Shown here: one piece after another, positions 56,401 through 64,000 of the stretch
Numbering within the stretch: the first letter of the stretch is position 1
Layout of the letters: every line of letters starts with the position of its first letter
Assembly (NCBI RefSeq): GCF_009914755.1
Contig: NC_060929.1
Strand: one strand, 5' to 3'
Origin: the human T2T-CHM13v2.0 reference genome, Homo sapiens
Length of the DNA: 64,000 nucleotides
The notes under the pieces: generated by a model
Databases searched by the model: none
What the model saw: only the letters and a program-made list of their open reading frames with translations
What the model was told of the DNA's origin: nothing
Made by a program: the position numbers and the translations under genes

Positions 56401-59400
56401 CGGGTTGAATCCACTCCATTCCGTTTCAGTATATTCCATTCCAGTAAATTCCATTCCATTCCACTCCATTCCATTCCACTCGTGTTGATTACATTCCATT
56501 CCATTCCATTCTGTTTCATTCCATTCGATTCTGTTCCATTCCATTGCATTTCATTCCATTGCACTCCATTCGATTCCTTTCCATTCCATTGCATTCGGGT
56601 AGTTTCCTTTCCATTCCATTCCATTCCACTCCATTCCATACGGGTAGATTGCATTGCATTCCATTCCATTCCATTCCATTCCATTCCATTCCATTCCATT
56701 CCATTGCATTCCACTCCATTCGGTTAGATTGCATTATATTCCATTCCATTCCATTCCATTCCAATTGGATTGAATCCATTCTACTCCATTCCACTCCAAT
56801 TGGATTGAATCCATTCCATTCCATTTCGTTCCATTCCATTCTATTCCCTAGCATTCCATTCCATTCAATTCCATTCCATAACGTGCCATTCCACTCGGGT
56901 TCATTCCATTCCATTGCATTCCATACCTTTCCTTACCAATTGGGATGAATCCATTCCATTCCATTTCGTTCCATTCCATTCTATTCTGTACCATTCCATT
57001 CCATTCCATTCCATTCCATGCCATTCCCCTAGGGTTGATTCCATTCCATTCCATTCGGGTTGATTCCATTGCATTCCATGACATTCCATGCCATTCCATT
57101 CCACTCCATTCCATTCGGGATGATTCCATTCCATTCCATTCCATTCCATTCCATTCCATTCCCTTCCATTCCGCTCGGGTTGATTCCATTCCTTTCCATT
57201 CCACTCGATTACAGTCCCTTCTATTCCACTCGGAATGATTCCATTCCATTACATTCTATTCCATTGCATTCCATTCCAATCCATTCCATTCCACTCGAGT
57301 TGATTCCATTCCATTCCACTCCATTCCGTTCCATTCCATTCCATTCCACTCGGGTGGATTCCATTGCATTCCATTCCATTCCGTTGCACTTGTGTTGATT
57401 CCATTCCATTCCATTCCATTCCATTCCATTCCATTCCATTCAATTCCATTCCATGCGATCCCACTCGGGTTGATTCCATTCCATTCCATTCCATTCCATT
57501 CCATTCCATTCCATTCCATTCCATTCCTTTCCGTTCCATTCCATTCCATTCCATTCGGGTTGATTCCATTCCATTCCATTCCATTCCATTCCATTCAATT
57601 CCATTCCATTCCTTTCCATTCCATTCCTCTCGGGATGATTCCATTCCATTCCATTCCATTCCATTCCTTTCCATTGCACTCGGGTTGATTCCATTGCATC
57701 CCAATCCATTTCATTCCATTCCATTCCGTTTCTTACCATTCCATTCCATTCCATTCCATTCCACTAGGTTTGATTCCTTTCCATAACATTCCAATCCATT
57801 CTATTCAGTTCCATTTCATTGCTTTACATTCCATTCCATTCGGTTCCTTTCCACTCCACTCTACTCGGGTTGATTGCATTTCATTCCATTTCATTCCATT
57901 CCATTCCATTTCATTCCATGCCATTCCATGCCATTCCACTCGGGTTGATTCCATTCCATTCCTTTCAATTCCATTGCATTCCCTTCCATTCCACTCGTGT
58001 GGATTTCATCACTTTCCTTTCCACTCGATTACATTTCCTTCCATTCCCCTCGGAAAGAATCAATTCCATTCCATTCAATTCCATACCATTCCATTGCATT
58101 CCATTCCAATCCATTCCATTCCATTCCATTCCACTCGAGTTGATTCCATTCCATTCCATTCCATTCCGTTTCATTCCATTCCATTCCATTGGTGGTGATT
58201 CTATTCAATTCCTTAACACTCCATTCCATTCCATTCCATTCCACAAAATTCCATTCCATTCCATTCCATTCCAATCAGGTTGAATCCATTCCATTCCATT
58301 TCGTTACATTCCATTCTATTCTGTTCCATTCCATTCGTTTCCATTCCTTTCCATTCCATTTCATTCCATTCCATTCCACTCGGGTTGATTCTATTCCATT
58401 CCATTCCATTCCATTCCACTTAATTTCATTCCATTCCATTCCATTCCAGTTGATTCCACTCCATGCAATTCCATTCAATTCCACTCGGGTTGAATCCACT
58501 CCATTCCGTTTCAGTATATTCCATTCCAGTAAATTCCATTCCATTCCACTCCATTCCGTTCCACTCGTGTTGATTACATTCCATTCCATTCCATTCTGTT
58601 TCATTCCATTCGATTCTGTTCCATTCCATTGCATTTCATTCCATTGGACTCCATTCGATTCCTTTCCATTCCGTTGCATTCGGGTAGTTTCCTTTCCATT
58701 CCATTCCATTCCACTCCATTCCATACGGGTAGATTGCATTGCATTCCATTCCATTCCATTCCATTGCATTCCATTCCATTCCATTCCATTCCATTCCATT
58801 GCATTCCACTCCATTCGGTTAGATTGCATTATATTCCATTCCATTCCATTCCATTCCAATTGGATTGAATCCATTCCACTCCATTCCACTCCAATTGGAT
58901 TGAATCCATTCCATTCCATTTCGTTCCATTCCATTCTATTCCCTAGCATTCCATTCCATTCAATTCCATTCCATAACGTGCCATTCCACTCGGGTTCATT
59001 CCATTCCATTGCATTCCATACCTTTCCTTACCAATTGGGATGAATCCATTCCATTCCATTTCGTTCCATTCCATTCTATTCTGTACCATTCCATTCCATT
59101 CCATTCCATTCCATTCCATGCCATTCCCCTAGGGTTGATTCCATTCCATTCCATTCGGGTTGATTCCATTGCATTCCATGACATTACATGCCATTCCATT
59201 CCACTCCATTCCAATCGGGATGATTCCATTCCATTCCATTCCATTCCATTCCATTCCATTCCATTCCCTTCCATTCCGCTCGGGTTGATTCCATTCCTTT
59301 CCATTCCACTCGATTACAGTCCCTTCTATTCCACTTGGAATGATTCCATTCCATTACATTCTATTCCATTGCATTCCATTCCAATCCATTCCATTCCACT

Positions 59401-61250
59401 CGAGTTGATTCCATTCCATTCCACTCCATTCCGTTCCATTCCATTCCGTTCCACTCGGGTGGATTCCATTGCATTCCATTCCATTCCGTTGCACTTGTGT
59501 TGATTCCATTCCATTCCATTCCATTCCATTCCATTCCATTCCATTCCATTCCATTCCATTCCATGTGATCCCACTCGGGTTGATTCCATTCCATTCCATT
59601 CCATTCCATTCCATTCCATTCCATTCCTTTCCATTCCATTCCATTCCATTCCATTCGGGTTGATTCCATTCCATTCCATTCCATTCCATTCAATTCCATT
59701 CCATTCCATTCCATTCCATTCCTTTCCATTCCATTCAATTTTGTTCCATTCCATTCTATTCCTTACCATTCGATTCCATTCCATTCCATTCCATTCCATG
59801 CCATTCCACTCGGTTTGATTCCATTCCATTCCATTCTATTCAGGTTGATTCCATTCCATTCCATTCCATTCCATTCCATTCCTTTCCATTCCATTACATT
59901 CCACTGCACTCGGGTTGATTCCATTCCATTCCATTCCATTCCATTCCATTCCACTCCATTCCATTCCATTCCATTCCATGCCATTCTACTCTGGTTCATT
60001 CCGTTCCTTTCCATTCGATTCGGGTTGAATCCATTCCATTCCATTCCATTCCATTCCATTCCATTCCATTCCATTCCATTCCATTGCATTTCATTGCACT
60101 CGTGTTCATTCCATTCCATTCCATTCCATTCCATTCCATTCTATTCCATTCCATTCCATTCCATTCCATTCGGGATGATTCTGTTCCATTCCATTCCATT
60201 CCATTCCATTCCATTCCATTCCATTCCACTCTGTTTGATTCAGTTCCATTCTATTCCATTCCACGCGATTTGATTCCATTCCATTCTATTCCGTTTAATT
60301 CCATTCCACGCCATACGATTCCATTCCATTCCATACCATTCGGGTACATTCCATTCCATTCCATTCCATTAGATTCTGGTAGATTGCATTCCATTCCATT
60401 CCATTCCATTCCATTCCATTCCATTCCCTTCCATTGCATTCCATTGCACTCGGGTTGATTCTATTCCTTTCCATTCCACTCGATTACTTTCCCTTCCATT
60501 CCACTCGGAATGAATCCATTCCATTCCATTCCATTCCATTGCATTCCATTCCAATCCATTCCTTTCCATTCCATTCCATTCCAATTGGTTTGAATCCATT
60601 CCATTCTATTTCGTTCCTTTCCATTCTATTCCATTCCATTCCATTCCATTCGGGTTTATTCTATACAATTCCTTTACACTCAGTTCCATTCCACACAATT
60701 CCATTCCATTCCATTCCATTTCAAGTGGGTTGAATCCATTACATTCCTTTTCCTTCCATTCTATTCCATTGCATTCCATTGCATGCCATTCCAATCGGGT
60801 TGATTCCTTTCCATTCCATTACATTCGGGTTGATTAAATTCCATTCCATGCAATTTCATTCCATTCCATTCCATGGCACTCGGGTTGATTCCAATTCATT
60901 CCCTTCCATTCCATTCCATTCCATTCCATTCCATTCCATTCCATTCCACTCCTTTCCATTCCATTCCTTTCCATTACATTCGGGTTGTTTCTATTCAATT
61001 CCTTTACACTCCATTCCATTCCATTCCATTCCACACAATTCCATTCTGTACCATTCCATTCCATTCCATTCCTTTCCGTTCCATGCCATTCCACTCGCGT
61101 TGATTCCAATTCATTCAATTTTATTCGGGTTGATTGCATTCCATTCCATTCCATTCCATTCCATTCCATTCCATTCCACCGGGTTCTGGCCATTCCATTC
61201 CTTTCCATTCCATTCCATTCCATTCCATTCCATTCCATTCCTTTCCATTC
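47400..61250 (+). repeat. Large higher-order repeat, copy B (~13.85 kb)
   Basis: CCACCGGGTTCTGGCC at ~47326 and ~61176. Identical ORF translations at 48254/62099, 48484/62329 and 48599/62444 (offset 13845). Confidence 0.9.
55511..59710 (+). repeat. 2.1 kb tandem pair within HOR copy B (55511-57610, 57611-59710)
   Basis: CCTTTCCATTCCATTCCTCTCGGGATGATT at 55511 and 57611. ORF offsets 55670/57770 and 55719/57819 (2100). Markers CCATAACATT, GGATTTCATCAC, GGTGGTGATT, CCCTAGCATT, CATAACGTGCC. Confidence 0.92.
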
Positions 61251-64000
61251 CATTCCACTCGGGTTCTTGCCATTCCATTCCATTCCATTCCATTCCATTC
61301 CATTCCATTCCACTCAGGTTGATTCCATTCTATTCTTTTCCATTCCATTCCATTCCACTCGGGTTGATTCCATTCCTTTCCATTCCACTCGAATACATTC
61401 CCTTCTATTCCACTCGGACTGATTCCACTCCATTCCATTCCATTCCATTCCATTCCATTCCATTCCATTCCATTTCATTTCGTTCTATTCCATTCTATTC
61501 CGTACCATTCCATTCCATTCCATTCCATTCCATTCCTTTCCATTCCATTGCATTCCATTCCACGCCATTCCATGCCATTCCACTCGGGTTGATTCCATTC
61601 CTTTCCATTCCTTTCGGATTGAATCCATTCCATTCCATTCCTTTCCATTCCATTCCATTCCATTCCATTGCACTCGGGTTCATTCCATTCCATTCCATTC
61701 CATTCTACTCCATTCCATTCGATTCCACTCCATTCCATTCGGGATGATTCCATTCCATTCCATTCCATTCCATTCCATTCCATTCCATTCCACTCTGTTT
61801 GATTCAGTTCCATTCCATTCCATTCCACGCGATTTGATTCCATTCCATTCTATTCCGTTTCATTCCATTCCACGCCATACGATTCCATTCCATTCTATTC
61901 CATTCGGGTACATTCCATTCCATTCCATTTCATTCCATTCCATTCTGGTAGATTCCAACCCATTCTATTCCATTCCATTCCATTCCATTCCATTGCACTC
62001 GGGTTGATTCCAATTCATTCCATTCCATTCCATTCCATTCCATTCCACTCCATTCCATTCCATTCCTTTCCATTCCATTCCATTCCATTCCATTCGGGTT
62101 GATTCTATTCAATTCCTTTACACTCCATTCCATTCCATTCCATTCCACACAATTCCATTCCCTACCATTCCATTCCATTCCATTCCTTTCCATTCCATGC
62201 CATTCCACTCGGGTTGATTCCTTTCCATTCCATTCCATTCCATTCTATTCCGTTGCACTCGAGTTGATTCCATTCCATTCCATTCCATTCCATTCCTTTC
62301 CATTCCATTCCTTTCCATTCCATTCCACTCAGGATGATTCCATTCTGTTACTTTCCATTCCATTCCATTTCCTTCCATTCCACTCGGGTTGATTCCATTC
62401 CTTTCCATTCCACTCGAATACATTCCCTTCTATTCCACTCGGAATGATTCCATTCCATTCCATTCCATTGCATTCCATTTCGTTCCATTCCATTCTATTC
62501 CGTAAGATTCCATTCCATTCCATTCCATTCCATGCCATTCCACTCGAGTTGATTCGTTTCCTTTCCATTCCATTCGGGTTGAATCCATTCCATTCCATTC
62601 CATTCAATTCGATTCCATTCCATTGCACTCGGGTTGATTCCCTTCCATTCCGTTCCATTCAATTCCATTCCATTCCACTCCATTCCATTCGGGATGATGC
62701 CATTCCATTCCATTCCATTCCATTCCATTCCACTCTGTTTGATTCAGTTGCATTCCATTGCATTCCACGCGATTTGATTCCATTCCATTCTATTACGTTT
62801 CATTCCATGCCACGCCATACGATTCCATTCCATTCCATTCCATTCCATTCCGTTTCATTCCATGCCACTCCATACGATTCCATTCCATTCCATTCCATTC
62901 GGGTACATTCCATTCCATTCCATTCCTTTCCATTCCATTCTGGTAGATTCCATTCCATTCCATTCCATTCCATTCCATTCCATTCCATTCCATTCCATTC
63001 CATTCCTTTCTGGTAGATTCCAATCCATTCCATTCCATTCCATTCCATTCCATTCCATTGCACTCGGGTTGATTCCAATTCATTCCATTCCATTCCATTC
63101 CATTCCTTTCCATTCCATTCCCTTCCATTCCATTCTGGTTGTTTCTATTCAATTCATTTACACTCCATTCCATTCCATTCCATTCCACACAATTAAATTC
63201 CGTACCATTTCATTCCATTCCATTCCTTTCCATTCCATGCAATTCCACTCGGGGTGATTCCATTCCAATCCATTCTATTCGGGTTGATTCCATTCCATTC
63301 CATTCCATTCCATTCCATTCCATTCCATTCCATTGCATTCCTTTTCACTCCAGTTGATTCTATTCCATTCCATTCCATTCCATTCCATTGCACTAGGGTT
63401 GATTCCATTCCATTCCATTCCATTCCATTCCATTCCATTCCTTTCCATTCCATTCCACTCGGGTTGATTCCATTCTATTCTTTTCCATTCCATTCCATTC
63501 CGTTGCATTCCACTCGTGTTTATTCCATTCCTTTCCATTCCACTCGAATATATTCCCTTCTATTCCACTCGGAATGATTCCACTCCATTCCATTCCATTC
63601 CATTCCATTCCATTCCATTCCATTCCATTCCATTCAAATTCATTTCGTTGCATTCCATTCTATTCCGTTCCATTCCTTTCCATTCCATTCCATGCCATTC
63701 CACTCGGGTTGATTCCATTCCTTTCCATTCCATTCGGATTGAATCCATTCCATTCCATTATATTCCATTCCATTCCATTCCATTCCACTCCATTCCATTC
63801 CATTCCACTCCATTCCATTCGGGATGATTCCATTCCATTCCATTCCAATCCATTCCATTCCATTCCACTCTGTTTGATTCAGTTGCATTCCATTCCATTC
63901 CACGCGATTTGATTCCATTCCATTCTATTCCGTTTCATTCCATTCCACGACATACGATTCCATTCCATTCCACTCCATTCGGGTACATTCCATTCCATTC
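61250..64000 (+). repeat. Large higher-order repeat, copy C (partial, runs off the window)
   Basis: Near-identical to ~47400-50190. ORF offsets 47645/61485, 48948/62793 and 49830/63640. Confidence 0.9.

Larger units (their letters stand above)
1..64000 (+). repeat. Satellite III (HSat3) array, (CATTC)n/(GGAAT)n with ACTCGGGTTG-type interruptions; primate pericentromeric or acrocentric heterochromatin
   Basis: Continuous CATTC pentamers throughout, with frequent CCACTCGGGTTGATT, CCATTCGGGTTGA and TTGCACTCGGGTTG decamer variants, the classical satellite III signature. The CATTCGATTC-dominated pattern of HSat2 is absent. One orientation end to end. Subfamily (probably HSat3B-like rather than DYZ1-like), chromosome and species cannot be fixed by eye. 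Confidence 0.97.

Noticed and set aside
12-63918. Hundreds of ORFs, up to 404 aa (e.g. 12-1100, 4341-5492, 29341-30474, 44189-45403)
   Set aside because: They are (IPFHS)n and (MEWNG)n translations of a stop-free pentamer, overlap in all six frames and contain no recognisable domain. They were used only as duplication markers.
1-64000. CRISPR-like repeat/spacer pattern (conserved modules separated by variable tracts)
   Set aside because: The spacers are pure CATTC runs rather than unique sequence, the modules are heterogeneous, there are no cas genes, and the context is a eukaryotic satellite.
1-64000. Alu, L1 or other insertions, and array inversions
   Set aside because: No non-pentamer block, poly-A tail or target-site duplication, and no switch to (GGAAT)n on the + strand was seen.
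1-64000. HSat2, DYZ1, alpha satellite or telomeric repeat assignment
   Set aside because: CATTCGATTC is rare, and I saw no ~3.5 kb homogeneous period, no 171-bp monomer and no TTAGGG arrays.
1-64000. Canonical heat-shock elements (alternating inverted nGAAn)
   Set aside because: GAA units are almost all head-to-tail on one strand, and I could not identify a three-unit inverted array by eye. A PWM scan would be needed.
1-64000. A previously undescribed gene-encoded biological system
   Set aside because: No coding or structured-RNA evidence. Any novelty is limited to repeat architecture, and I cannot check whether that is already catalogued.

Overview
The whole 64 kb is one uninterrupted array of classical primate satellite III (HSat3): diverged (CATTC)n on the + strand, (GGAAT)n on the - strand, with the diagnostic CA(C/T)TCGGGTTGATT interruption. 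I see no genes, RNA genes, transposons, CRISPR arrays or inversions, and all listed ORFs are translations of the pentamer (IPFHS / MEWNG). I cannot support a novel gene-encoded system here. The information lies in the repeat architecture. About a dozen fixed variant modules recur in a stereotyped order, forming a ~1.0-1.1 kb basic unit. This unit is nested in duplications of ~0.9, 1.65, 2.1, 2.6, 2.85 and 4.66 kb, and in a ~11.4-13.8 kb higher-order repeat that is old and diverged on the left and nearly homogeneous on the right. Boundaries were set by eye from shared rare variants and ORF-track offsets, so they are approximate (about +/-50-100 bp).
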